Shown here piece by piece: positions 42,092 through 57,368 of a stretch of DNA of 64,000 nucleotides; the stretch's first letter is position 1; every line of letters starts with the position of its first letter. The notes under the pieces were generated by a model, which was given only the letters and a program-made list of their open reading frames with translations, did not search any database and was not told the origin of the DNA. Both the position numbers and the translations under genes were made by a program. Source of the DNA: Peribolospora baueri (Eukaryota); contig JAMDHS010000002.1 of assembly GCA_029717555.1 (NCBI GenBank), positions 310,001 to 374,000 on the forward strand, given 5' to 3'.

Positions 42092-43547
42092 GCCGGCCGG
42101 GTTAAATGAAGGGCGTGGCTGTTGAGCGAGAGGCGAGACGTGCAAGCGGGGGCTCACTATGGACGGGGACGAAGCAGGAGCGGTGCAGGCGTCGACCGGT
42201 GGACGTGAAAGTAATTGAGCAAGGACGAGGCTGAAAAGGAGCGGGCGCTAACCACGGCGTATGTGTTAGGCGATCTTCTGTGCCTGGGCTCGACTATGTG
42301 AAGACGTGCAATGTATTGAGCAGTTAGTCTTCCGTCTAGGAGCATCTTCGCACACCCCGCGCCTTGGGGCCGACGAGTAGGTCGAGAAGAAGCAAGAGGA
42401 GGCGCGAGCTGTGCACGGCTAGGGCGGGTTTGTACGATAGCTCGAAGCCCTGCCGGACGATACCTTGCGTCTTAAGTGCAGCACAAGTAGTGATCACTGA
42501 TAACGGGCGCAACGGAGGCCGGGAGAGCGATAAATACATAGCTCGATATCTTCGTTGGCCCCACAACAGACCGACCACCAACCGCTTCGAAGGGCACGTC
42601 GAAGGAGGGACAGACAGAGCCTGCTCTGCCCTTCCAACAGCGGTTCCCATCACACGTCTGACTTTTCCTTCCTCCAGCACTGCTTCCATCGATCTATCTC
42701 ACCGCCGCTCTCCTTCGGGCCATCCTACTCTTATCGAGATGGCCCCTCACTCAGCACGGCTGGCTCTTACTGTAGTCTTCCTTGCGTCCACGAACCGTTT
42801 CCTCGTCGACGAGGCTCTCGACATGTCCGGCTCTTGCATGGGCCGCAGATCGTCGAACCCAGCTCCAGCTCCGTCTATGCCCAGTGCCCATCTCCTCTCG
42901 TTTCCCTTCAGCATCGACACCGATCTTGTGGCTGGCTCGATGTCAGTCATATCTCATGTGACCCCACGACCGATGACAGCAGGGCTGGACGCCGCTTCGT
43001 CATAATGCAAGCATCATGTCGGAATTTAAGCAAGGTATGTACTTGCTCACTGCGACTGCTGGGGCTGCCTGCAGACACCCCACTCCGCCTTGGCTTGCCA
43101 CTGCCTACGTTCAGGACGGGCCGCCTGACGACGACGGCGGCTCGCTGGATGACGTTATTGCCCGTCTACAACCCTCTTCTCCGACCCAACGCCGCCGCGT
43201 TAAACGAATTGTCGCACTCGACCCACAGTGACGTCTACCTACGATCGTCCATCAGACGGACGATCATCGCGCGCGCATCTCATCGATCGGTGTTCTTTTC
43301 CTTTCTGGACGCTTCGCCTGCGTAGAGACTCTTGCCTCGTCCTCGGAGTGGAGACGTACTCGGGCAAATTTGCTTTAGACAGCGCTCGCCATTCCCGAAG
43401 ACTCAGCTTACCTTCAACGACGCATTTAAAGAACAGCCCCCGTCGTCTTCCTCATCCGGATCCTCTTCTTCTTTCCCCCTTATTCTTCTGTCACTCAGCC
43501 CACCAGTCCATAGTCAACGACAGTCCGCGCCCAAACCGTCGAACACG

Positions 43548-44172
43548 ATGTTCTTCAACGCCAAGTACTTCGCTTTTGCCCTCTTCTTCCTCTCCATCCA
43601 GCTCGTCGCAGCACAGAGCAACACAAGTTCCTCCCTCTCTAGCCTGTCCAGGTGAGCTCCCCGGGAACCATTGTCATCCCTCTGCCCTCTCCGTCCGTCG
43701 TTGCCTTTTCTCGGCGTTGTGGCTCACCATACTTAACGGTACGTCCCCCAGCTCCTCGTCCGCGGCCTCGTCGGCCGCCTCGTCGGCGGCTTCTCACTCT
43801 TCGTCCGCCAGCCGGAGCATCGCATCTGGCGTATCGTCGCAGATGAGCCGGATCAGGTGGGTGTCCGTCCTCGTCCGCCGCGTGCAGACCTCTGTCCCGT
43901 AGTCTCGTGGCCGTCGCAGTGGCAGAGGAAAACGCAGACGCTTACCGGCGTCGCTATCGTCCCGACCCGATCTCTTCTCTCCAACGATCCGACAATCCGA
44001 CGAAATCAGCTCCTCCGCCTCGAGCGCCTTTTCCTCCCTCAGCTCGTCCATGCCTACCAAGAGCAACGCCGCCGCGCGCCTCCATGGTCCTTCGGACCAC
44101 ACCGCCCAGGCGCTCGTCGGCGCTGGCTTGGCCATGTCGCTCGCTGCCGCTTTGGGCATGTGGGTCGCTTGA
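43548..44172 (+). CDS. Small secreted Ser-rich protein, putative GPI anchor (3 exons)
   Basis: Signal MFFNAKYFAFALFFLSIQLVAA, poly-Ser core, KSNAA omega-like site, tail ALVGAGLAMSLAAALGMWVA. Confidence 0.72.
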
Positions 44173-44780
44173 GCTCGGTCCCTCCCTCGGGCCCGGTCAA
44201 CTCAGCTGGCTGCTTGCTGGGGCCAATCGACAGGCGAGGAACCCGTCCGGCGGCGGCACACCTTTGCAAAAGAAAGGGCCGCTACCCGTCCCGCCTTGTC
44301 GACCGCGCACTTCCCTTCCCTTCCTCCCTTTCCCCGAATGCGGTGTTCCCTGCTTCGCCAGGCACCTACCTACCTACCTCCTAACTTCCATCCCCAGACG
44401 GACCAAACCAGGCCGTTCGAGTTCACGCGCCCGAAGTGACCACCGTATGAACAAAGCATCGATCCATCGCGCGCGCGCCCCGCTCTCCCTTCTTCCTGTC
44501 TTACTTCTCACTTTACCTTCACGTCCATTCTCTCCAACCAGGCCCTCTTCTCCTGTATTCTCTTCTATGCGTCGCCCGAAGTCCTTCCTGACGTCGTGCA
44601 TGTACGTATTGGTTTCACAGATTTACGAAATACGATTGGCAACCAGCGCGCTCGAGGGAGGCATCTGTGACGAATGAGAGGACGACCTGGAATACAGTAG
44701 ACGCAAAGCAAGGGAAGGACTTGGAACAAACATCCTATCTGCCCCTGTGACTTTATATGTACATGTTTGCTACCTCTGGC

Positions 44781-46012
44781 TCAGCGCTCCTCGGCCCACT
44801 CTGCGACATGAGGTTGAATGACAGACAAAGCGGGGGATCGTCGATGGCGGTCAGATCTCACTCTCGCCCGTTTTCAGAGGATGATGGAAAGGCTAGCAGA
44901 CGGCATCGCAAAACTCACCGTTCTCCTTCCTTATCTGCTCCTCCTCCTCTGGAGTGAAGTCGTTCTCAATATTGAACAGCTACGAACGCCGAACGCCACA
45001 GAAGATAAGTACGTGGAACATGTACGTTAATTCGAGCCTGAGACCGGGATGTCTGCGGGACGGCGCCGGAAAGCACTTCGTGCTGATGAACCCTCAAACT
45101 CACCCTTCGGATCTCGTCCGGGTTCTTGCCTTTGATCATGTTCGCCACCGTCTTGCACCCGACGTCCCTGCGAGGGAAATAGATCGGCCGAGGTAAAATA
45201 AGCTGAAAACGCTCGATCCGCTTCCTTCCCAGCCCCACAGGCAATGCAGCAGCAAAGATGCTCACAGGAGAGGCTTAATGTCGAGGTAGTTCGCAGCGAG
45301 AATGATCTCAAACAGCATCTCCTGGTCCACCTGGATGAACTTGGAATCCCAATCGGAAATGTCGGTTGTACGCTTGCGGGTCTCCTCCGCCTCATCAGAA
45401 GGAGGAGGGGGGTCGTTCCGGTGGTGCGTGCAGTATTCGAGCACCTGTGGCAGCGCGGGCGGAAGGACGAAAAGAGGGCGCAGATGACCGGAACAAAGGA
45501 GTGGGAGGGTCGGAGAAGAAGCGCCGGATAGTGGTCTCGATGTCAGTGTCCCTCTTCAGACGGGTCTCACCTCGACACCGCTGCGCAGATTCAGCCTGCC
45601 TCCCACACTGACCTTCTTCAAAACATTGGAAGAGACGTTGTGCAAAGGAATGGTCTCGTCCATGATGCCAACGTCTGCGGGAGAGCGATATCACAGGAGC
45701 CGGTCCAATCTGAGCTCACGAACGGACTGATCGCGGACGGAGGAAGGGGCTGAGCGACAGGGCACCAACCGCGTACCTTCGAGCATGTTCTTGATAAGAA
45801 CTGACCGCTGAAGGAGGCAAAGCGGTCGTCCAGACTATTGAACATCAATGAAGGTACCCCAGAAAGCGAGTTCCCGTGGCGTTGACAGGCCACAGGAGGG
45901 GGCCGTCGGCGCCTCTTCCCACTCCGGCACGCACCTCAATGATGTCCCTGTCCACTTCGAACTGCTCGCCATCGGAGCTCCGCAGCTTGATCTTAGTCTC
46001 AGTCGATGCCAT
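44781..46012 (-). CDS. SKP1: SCF ubiquitin ligase subunit Skp1
   Basis: [77 protein letters not shown]. Confidence 0.97.
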
Positions 46013-46284
46013 GGTTTTGGTAGGAGGGAACGATGATGGTGGAGAGGACAAGGCGCTGTCGTCGCAATCGAGTTCGAGGCGATCGACGAATATGGTCTTA
46101 CTCTCGACGGACCTTTACACTCGATCAACAATGGCGGTAGTGGCGCCCACTTGCCCACTTGCCGCAGCCGCGACATTACATGCGAGCCGCACTCTGGAGA
46201 AGGCCAGCCGACGGACGGTCTGAGCGAGCTACGGCTACGAGACGACGGCAAACACGACGACTCCCACCGCCTCTCCTCGCCGCC

Positions 46285-47623
46285 ATGGCTGACGAAGGCC
46301 TCGAAGTCTCCACCGGGGGGTCGCTTGACATTGGCTCGGACGATTACATCGAGCCAGCCGCCACCCCGGCCCCCCAAGCCCCAGCCATTACTCAGACGGC
46401 GGAAGGAAACACTTCCAGCGCCGATCCGGCCGCCGGGAAAGAGGAGGCGAAGGAGGACGACCCGTCTCCACCCTCGGCGATTTCTGATGGCAAAGAAAGG
46501 GAAAAGGAAGCGGGCGACACCTCCTTCCCCGGCCGCGGCAGGGGTGCAGGGAATAGGCGGGGCACCGGACGTGGAGGCGGCCGGAGAGGAGGTCCCACCA
46601 AAGCCGCTAGCGAGGAGGGAGAGGGTGTGAAGGCGCCCGAAGATGGGTCCAAGGCCGCCGAGGAGGGTGATGCGGAGGCTGCGGGAGCGGCTTCCGGGAC
46701 GGTCAAGCCGATCAGGGCGGAGAGGAAGACGTCCGAGGGTTACATCAATCCGGATAGAGTGAACACCGGTGGCCTTGCGAGGGTGAGTTCCGACCTGATA
46801 CGAAAGCCTAGCAACCTTCTCTGAGGTTGGAGCCTTTGTTTCGTCCTTGGAATCGAGCCAGCTTTGCGACATTTTCTGCTCGGAGACGTCCTGATCTGGC
46901 TTCCCTTTGCGTCCCTATTCACTCTCGCAGGAAAAGCTTACGCCGGACCAGCTGGCGGAGAAGATGGCGAAGATCAAGCTGCAGAATGAGAAGATCATGC
47001 AAAAGCGGGAGGTGAGCTGGAACTGCCTTCTTGCCGGAAGCATCTTGGCGCCTTTACTCGAGACAGGTATTGTGCTCAACCTGACGTTGGCCCCGCGTCC
47101 CATCTGTCCCTGACTCTTACAGCTCGTAGAGAAAGACGAAGCGGAATTTGCCAAACTGGCTGCATCCGATAAGCAGGCACGCGAAGCAGCGATGCGCAAG
47201 GCCGAGGAAACGCGCAAGATCCAGCTCGCACTGGACCAGGAGAGGGAGAAGAGCAGACAGCGAAAGATGATGGGCGCCAACCTGCAGAGGCGAGAGTGGG
47301 ATAGCGAGAAGAGGGAGGAGGACTGGATGACGAGGGATAGGCCATATGCGCGTGGCTCTCGAGGCGGCGGTGGAGGTTTCGGCGGGAGAGGAGGGAGGGG
47401 TGGAGGTAGGGGCGGCCGCGGTGGAGCGGCTTCGCGGAACGAGCCAAAGAGCTCGCCTTCAATGCCCCAAGGCCCTGGCAACGTCGATGACAAGGCCGAG
47501 TATCCTGCCCTCGATTCCGCGGCATCCGGCAAGGCGGACGACTCGGACAAGGCAGAGACGGAGGCGACGGAGGCGAAGCCGGCCGCTGCTGGCTCGGAGA
47601 GTGAACCAGCCGCGTCGACGTGA
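46285..47623 (+). CDS. Hypothetical protein with coiled coil and RGG boxes
   Basis: Three exons in frame: ...YINPDRVNTGGLAR/EKLTPDQLAEKMAKIKLQNEKI.../...QRREWDSEK...RGSRGGGGGFGGRGGRGGGRGGRGG. Confidence 0.75.
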
Positions 47624-47962
47624 TAGGACCTATCACGTCGTTGTCCCACCCTTACCATCCAAAACGCAAGTATTTAAGTCATCAATCGCCCCGCCCTCCT
47701 CCTCCCCATCCTCTTGTTTGTATTTCATTTTTCGAGCTGGACAGGGCAGTCTTGTTCTCATAGGCGCAGTTACGAACATCAATGATACCGCACGTCAATG
47801 AAGCTCATGTCCCGTCGTCCTTCTCCTATCTTTTCAGACGCGCCCTTCCGAGCGTTTGACCTCCGGACGGCTTCGCCAGAGAAAGGCAAATGGCTTCCCG
47901 ATGCGAACGTGTCATTACATACGTGGAAGGGGGACACTAGAACGAATCGAAGGCTCGGAGGC

Positions 47963-48794
47963 TCAGAGGCCGAAGTCGTCGTCATCATCGTCGAACGCCT
48001 TCTTTCGAGTATACTGCAAAGATAGGAATGGTGTTATGGAAGAAATGCCCGTCCATTCAGAGCCAGTTGGACAAGAAGAAACAGATGAAGGCCTGCTCAC
48101 GGTGATCTTTCCGGCGCCACTTCCTTGTCCTCCACCGCCGGACTTGGACTCGACCTGATCGAGAAGCTGGATCAGCTGGTCCTCCGACACACGACCCCTC
48201 AGCTGGCCCGTCTGGGCCATTTGCAGAAGCAGATCTGAAATCGCCCGCTCCTTTTCAGGCTTGACAAGGCCTATGCGGGACACTTCATTGGCGTTGGATG
48301 ACGAGGAAGCCGGTGAAGGGCGAAGGAAGGGGCAGTCGAAAAGGAGGACAAGTCAGTATCCTTCCCCTCTAGGCCTACCGCAAGGAGAAATAAAAAGGAC
48401 TCGTAGAAGGGCGTCTCACATCTCTCTCTCGCCTCGCCTTCCAATACCCGGCTCAGCATCTGTCTCTTCATCTCCTGCTGCGCTGCCAGCTCCTCCTCTG
48501 ACGGTCCACGCTGCCCGCCGTTGCCTTGTGCGCCGCCAAAGCCGCCTCCTGGGAAAGACGGGCCTACACCGCCGCTGCCTCCTGAAGAAGAAAGGTATAG
48601 CAGATAACAAAATAGAAGAGCAGGAGGGGAGGAGCAAAGAGACGGGGAATGCAAAGACAGCGCGTCCGTCACTCCATCCGGTCGACTTTCTCCGACCTCC
48701 CACACGTTCTTATCTAGCCCATATCCTCACCTCCACTCTGCTGCAACTCCTGCAGTCTGGCCGCTCTGATCGCTTTGAGCTCGTCGTCTTCCAT
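47963..48794 (-). CDS. PDCD5: Programmed cell death protein 5 (dsDNA-binding, PDCD5 family)
   Basis: MEDDELKAIRAARLQELQ...QMLSRVLEGEARERLSRIGLVKPEK...LLQMAQTGQLRGRVSEDQLIQLL...YTRKKAFDDDDD. Confidence 0.92.
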
Positions 48795-48991
48795 AATGAT
48801 GGTGCAAGTTGGGGTCGACTCCGGATCCTCTAGATTGCCCGCCTAAGTGAAGTGTCCCGCCGTTGCCGCAGCAGGTCGTGCGATCCAACTCGAATGCCGA
48901 CGACGGATATCAACGCAGCTCACCACCGTTCATCTCGCCGGTCGCCCTTTTGCCACCTTCTCCTCCCGTCTTCACTCTCACTTCTACAGTC

Positions 48992-51532
<2,541 letters not shown>

Positions 51533-51739
51533 ACGGTTTCGCTACCCTTTCGTTTCGTTCTTCCCTCTCCCTTTTTGTGCTACTTGTAACTCTACGCTCG
51601 CGCTCACGGATATGTTCAATATCATGTTACCGGAACGAGCACCAAAAGCAAGCTAATCCAGGCCAAGTATGGAAGTACAAGTACATGGGAGTCGGGGCCA
51701 AGCCGAGAGAACACGAAATATATCCTGCATGCGAAATGA

Positions 51740-53842
51740 TTAAGTAGATGGCATATCGAGTCCCAAAGACTTCTGCATCTGTCGCACGTATGTTTCTGCA
51801 GGTGACGCGCAGACATCGAAACAGAGAATGAAGACAGCGTGCGGGTCGTCAGGAGCGTTGCCCGCCAAGGAAGCGTCGCCATTCCAGGCAAGTAGGAGCC
51901 GCCAGCTTACCGGTCTGTGCTCGAAGCAAAGTGGCCGACTGCTCCAGCCCGGCCAAGTAATTGTCAAAGTCGTTGCGAATGCCCTCGATCTGCACATGTA
52001 AAAGAGAGGCGGGCGCGATCGACGATGAAGTCGGTGGCGCATCGTCAAAGAAATATATGAACCACGCTGTCAACTTGCCTTTGTCTCAAGATCCTGCACG
52101 AGCTTCTTCTGCTCTTCTGTCTCCCTGTCCCTCTCCTGCTTCTCGCTCTTGAGCTTCCTATACTCCTCCGTCAACCGTTCCTGTCTCTCCCTCGCGTCCC
52201 TCCTCTTGGTTTCCATCGCACTCTGTAACCTCGCAAGCCGGTCTGCGGTGGCGTTCATTTTGCGCTCCAGTTGGCTTGCCTTGCTAGCTAGCTCGGCGGA
52301 CTCGTTCAACCTGGCTTGGACCTGCTCCTGTGTTTCGCCCAAACGCGTCTGGGAAGCAGCTAATTTGGCACACTCGAGCTCCACCTCTTCGAGAAGCTTG
52401 ATGCATCCTTGTACGTCCTACAAGCGTGCAAGCGGAGTGATAAGGAAGAATGACGTCAAGGCCAGTCAACATTCATTAGTCGTGCATCAGTCCGATAAGT
52501 TTCACCTCTAGACACTCACACTGATCACTTCTTCCATCATGTCGAGGCGGTGCTGCAGGCTCTTCGCCTGCCTTTCCAACATGCTCAACGAGTTTCGTTC
52601 GTCGTTGAGGTGGGCGTGGCGGTCAGCATTGCCTTGCTTGATCTTCTGAGGTGACGTGACCATGCGTGATCGGAGTCGGGCCAACTCGGCCGCCGTTGTT
52701 TGGATGACGTACTGAAGATTGGTCTGAGCAAGGGGGTGAAAGAAAGTCAAGTCAGTTCTCGACTCGCCTCGACCGCACGCCTAGATCCAGAAGGCTGCGG
52801 GGTAACGGGCGGAAAAGAGAAACGGATACGCACAGACTTCTCCAATATCTCGTTTTTCTCCTTCTTCAACTTCTCCAGCTCGTCCATGAGCCCACTCTGC
52901 ACTTTCCGAAGGCCGAGGAGCCGCTCGTTAGTTTCCTGGTTCTTCAGCTTCGTCTCCTTCACCAATGGTTCCTCCCTTTGGCGCCGTTGCCTGAAATGGA
53001 ATAGAAAGTGAACGTGTTCAGAAGGGGTGAGGTCGAGCAAATGCCATACGGACTTTAGAGTGTTCTATGATCGTAAGTGGAAAGAGAACGAGGAGCTCAC
53101 ATGTGCATCTCAATCGCATTCCGGAGCCTCTCGTTCTCCTCCAATAGCCTCAGCCTCGTCTCCTCATTGTCCTCCATCTCCTTCGTCAGTGCTTCGAACT
53201 CGATCACTCGGTCGTGTCGGAAGCGGTAAAAGTTGACGAGAGCGCTGAGCAGACGTCGAGTACGCTTTGGGTCTGGTCGTGTAAGGTCGCGTACAGTAAA
53301 GTCTTCTACGCCAGAGTGTCGAAAGATACGTTGGCTGTGAATCGAAAGGGGACACTTCAGTAATCGCTCATTTGCACATGCGCCCGGGTCGGCGCCAGCT
53401 ACCACAAAGGAGGTAGTTTCCCGTCTTTCCCTCGCCTTATCAAGCTCACAGTTCATTGAAGAACATGATGAACATGATGGGGTCGTCGTAAAGCTCCTAT
53501 TAACGACGGGCAACAGAGAAGTCAGTCAGTCTTTGAAGGGCGTACAAGGGCGCAGCCACGCCCTCCCAGGCCAAGCTTGACAGTCGAGCTCACCCTGTAC
53601 TCCAACATCCCCAAAGCAGCCTGTTTGGGCCTCTCGAGAGCGTCAAGATCAACGCCAGTGAGGGCCGTCATAAAGGCCGCATAGATCCTCTGCATTGCGG
53701 GCCCGGTCGGCTTTGCGAGGTCCTCAACGGTGCAGTGCAGCTCAAGGTCCTGTACGACCTCCACGATCTCCGCGGGCTTGCATGGCGGAAAGTACGTGTA
53801 CTCGAGCGCCTCGGAAGAGGCCGCATCTTTCCTTGGCGGCAT
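51740..53842 (-). CDS. NUF2: Kinetochore Ndc80-complex subunit Nuf2
   Basis: CH-domain motifs EDLAKPT, GVEDFTVRDLTRPDPKRTRRLLSALVNFYRFR, then a long coiled coil with RMVTSPQKIK. Confidence 0.9.
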
Positions 53843-54671
53843 CGATGACGGTGTAGACAGACGGAATGCGGTGCTCGTGATGGATGATCGAATCTGACCG
53901 ACTTTCGCTCAGGTCGACGCGAGAAAGCGCGTTTGGCTGACACGCGGCGTTCAGCACGTGACTATCAGACTCAAATGAGCTCATGCTCCGCGACCCTTCG
54001 CGAGTGCACATCCGAAGGTCCTCCACAAATCTACACTGGACAGCTGAAACCTTCCCTGTGGACACACGACATGCAGGTACAAAGGGGGGACGAATGTGGG
54101 ATAGAAGGGTGTGTAAGGCAGTAGTCAGGACGTTCGGGCGAGCGAGCGAGCGAACTGCCTCTTGGTGCCCGGCGGCGTCATGCAGTCCGAACTCGCCCTC
54201 GCCCGCTTTCCTTCTCCATTTCACACCCCAGAAATGGCGCTTTTCACAAGTTTTCCACACACAGAACATGTGCCCTACGCTTGTCGTGTGAGAACAAAGA
54301 CGACATGGCACGGCGTAAAGCAAATCTCTTGCAGAAGCTGGGCGTTGGCGAGGATCAGATCGCGGCGATCATCCATGCCCTTCAGTTTAAAATAACGCAA
54401 ATGATACGGACCGAGCTCTTGATATAAGACCATAGCCCCCATCGTAGCATTCGGCGAGGCGGGTGGCTAGATGGCGGGGGTGGAGCGAAGAACCGGTGGC
54501 GACATCGATCCCGTCAACATAGCCTCAAGTAGGTGGTGGTCGTGCGAGCACGGACTCCTCACGGCTGGAAGTAGGGTTAAGATCACGATCGACGTCTAAA
54601 GCCAGATATCTATCTTCGTCGCGGTCGCGGTCGCCGCTCCGTCTTCCATAAACCTCCCTTCGCTACTCGAC

Positions 54672-56067
54672 ATGGCCCGTCCCCGCTCTCGTTCGCCGCC
54701 ACCACCCCGAGCTTCCAGCAGATGGGACGACGACGACGATCGGGCAGGATCTGTCAGCGGCCGACGAGACCGACGCGACCGCACAGGGGATCGGTACGAT
54801 GAGCGCGAAGACAGACGACCACCACCACGGAGCAGGTTTGATGAGGACGAGGACAAGCGGAGGGGACGAGGAGGGTCGTATGGAAACGAACACGACCGAG
54901 GTGGCAGAGTAGGTCGCTCAGGTCGGGATGGACGCTTGCGACGAAGATCAGCATCCCGCTCTCGCTCTCCTTCTCCCGGGCGCCGCTCCAGAGGCGCACG
55001 TTCGTCGGCTGACTTCGAGCGCGATCGCGCCAAGGAGAGGGATGCGTACCGTGCAGCCGCCTCTCGACGAGATGGAGATGACGCTGGCCCAGGGCGAGGC
55101 ACCTCTGAGGAGGTAGAGGTAGATCCGGAGGTGGTGGAGCGAATGAAGCCCAACTTTGAGCGTTCCGGTGCGCTGGCGGCCGAGAGCAATAGCGTGAACG
55201 GTGTGGCTTTGAAATATCATGAGCCGCCTGAGGCGCGGAAGCCGACAAAAGGTTGGAGGTTGTACGTCTTTAAGGGGAGGGAGCAAGTCGGTGAGTGTGA
55301 CGGTTTGCCGATCCAAAGCGGGAGACTACTTCGCTTGCTGACTGGATGTGGGCGCACGCAGATATGCTCATTATCAATCGACAAAGCTGCTACCTGTTCG
55401 GACGGGATAGGGCTGTGAGGTTTCGCGTATTTGAATTATTTCTTCGTCGAGTAGATGCTGTGTGGGCAATGCTGACTCTCCCGACCCGTCGCACCCTATT
55501 TGTCTGCACCTTCAGGTCGTGGACGTCCCTGTCGACCATCCGTCATGCTCCAAGCAACACGCTGTCATTCAGTACAGGCAGATTGTCGAAAAGAATGAGT
55601 TAGGCGATACGAAACGATTCACCAAGTAAGCGCGCCGGCGATCTTGAAACCGTCACTTTGAACGGATGGAGCCCAACGTCGGTACTGATATACCCGGTGA
55701 CATTACGGCAGGCCCTTTATCATTGACCTCGAGTCGACCAATGGCACGCTCGTCAATGACGAGCGAATACCAGACTCGCGATTCTACGAGATCAAGGTGA
55801 GCATTCTATCCAGACAATTGCGGACTTGTCCGTCCCGCGCTTATCTTGTCCCGCCTGGTTGGTTTGCCTGGGTATTTTCCTCGCCGTTTGCGGGGACCTT
55901 TGTACTCAGGTTGGAGATGGTGAGCTGAGTCTTATGGGGTACGCTCCTGAGCTTCTGGCTTTGTGCTGTCTTTTCTTAACACTTTCTCCGATCTTTTTAC
56001 CCTTCCAGTCATCAAGTTCGGCTTTTCTACGCGAGAATACGTCCTCATGCACGACGCCATGACTTGA
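54672..56067 (+). CDS. SNIP1: FHA-domain RES-complex splicing factor SNIP1/Pml1
   Basis: RS/RD-rich N-terminus, KPNFERSGALAAE, LKYHEPPEARKP, WRLYVFKG, YLFGRD, HPSCSKQHAVIQYR, DLESTNGT, IKFGFSTREYV. Confidence 0.94.
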
Positions 56068-56316
56068 GCGACCTGTCTATATCAGCATCGTTCAAGCGAC
56101 AGTACACATATCGCCTCGCTCGCCCTATTGTGCCATTTTTTGTTCTTTTCAGCCCGGTTTTTATGCCAATTCAATTGTCCATCGCGACCTGCAGTACAGG
56201 ACTCGGGTACCAAAAGAGAAGGAAACCTATGTATGCAGCAAGGTGCGCAGTCGCTCCAGGCGGTCAAGAAAAGAAATCGTACACTCCCATCCAGCAGATG
56301 GTCCATCGTGTCGCAC

Positions 56317-57219
56317 TTACGCTGCGACCAATGCCATTGCGGGAAGGGCAGCCAACAAGGCCCATCCGAGCATAAAGCCATGCTGCAGAGATGCTCCGCT
56401 GGACGGTTGCGTGTCTGCGACGTGGGGCGTACCGAGCACGGAAGACGAGGGCATGGAGGCCATAGCGGAAGACAGAGCGGTGGCCATGGGTGCAGAGAGC
56501 GTCAGATTCGCCACCGTCTCCCCGTCGTCCTTCACCACCTCGAGACTCCCCGCCAGTGCCAAATCGAGCCCAGAGAGCGCGGTATCGATCGCGTCCGCGA
56601 CGCCCGTGCCGTTCGTCTTGACCTTCTGAGCGAAGTTGGAATTGGTCAGGGCGTCCGCGGCCATCTGGGCTCCAAGGATGCCGGTCAGTACGGTCGATTG
56701 GTCGGCCAGAGAGGCTTTCTGATTGGCGAGAATGGAGGCGACGACTGCGTTGCGAGCGTCGCCCGGTGTTCAGTATCAGGATGGACGGCCTTTGGCTGCT
56801 GGAGCCTCTTCTTACTCACTGTTTGAAACGCCTGACCCCGCGCTCGTCACGTTCGCCATGGCCTGGTTGACCAGCTCGGACGCCGCTTCATCCCTGAATG
56901 ACGACAAAAGTGTCTGAGCACGCACAGCAGCAGCGACAGAAGTCGAATCGCAAGGCAGAGCTCACTTTGCGCTCGTGGCTGCCGCCATGATGGCACCGAG
57001 GGCGGCCTTTGCCTGACTCAACCCTTGCACGGCGTTCATCCGAGCCTGAACGAGGTCGGCCGTCGCGTTGGCCGATGCGCTCGCACTCGGTGCTGGAGGC
57101 GCCGGCGCCACACTGGATGCCGAGGTGGACGACGGCGTGGCTGCCGGCGCAGCGAGGCCGAAGAGGACAGAGCAGACAAAGGCGAGCAAGAAGCAAAGAC
57201 GACCGGCGGAATGCAGCAT
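56317..57219 (-). CDS. Secreted amphipathic helical protein with putative GPI tail (3 exons)
   Basis: Signal MLHSAGRLCFLLAFVCSVLFGLAA, Ala/Leu-rich amphipathic helices, tail FMLGWALLAALPAMALVAA. TATATA about 145 bp upstream. Confidence 0.75.
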
Positions 57220-57361
57220 TGTGGAGAGAAGAGAGAGAGGTTGAAAGGATCGAGCCTGCTCGTACACGAAAGGAAGAAGGAGCGAAGTAGACGAGGAAGG
57301 ACAGAAGCTAGAAACACTTCGAACCTGGACCGAGAGAGGGACGAGCAGCAGCGCGCCGTTC

Positions 57362-57368
57362 ATATATA
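57362..57368 (-). promoter_or_regulatory. Putative TATA box of the 56317-57219 gene
   Basis: Minus-strand CCCTATATATG about 145 bp upstream of the ATG in a GC-rich context. Confidence 0.45.

Noticed and set aside
42739..43325. Possible small secreted gene (MAPHSARLALTVVFLAS...)
   Set aside because: No convincing splice model, stop or anchor could be built.
54390..54600. Structured ncRNA or telomerase-template-like TTAACCCTAC between NUF2 and SNIP1
   Set aside because: No tRNA, snRNA or snoRNA boxes. The template match is partial and expected by chance.
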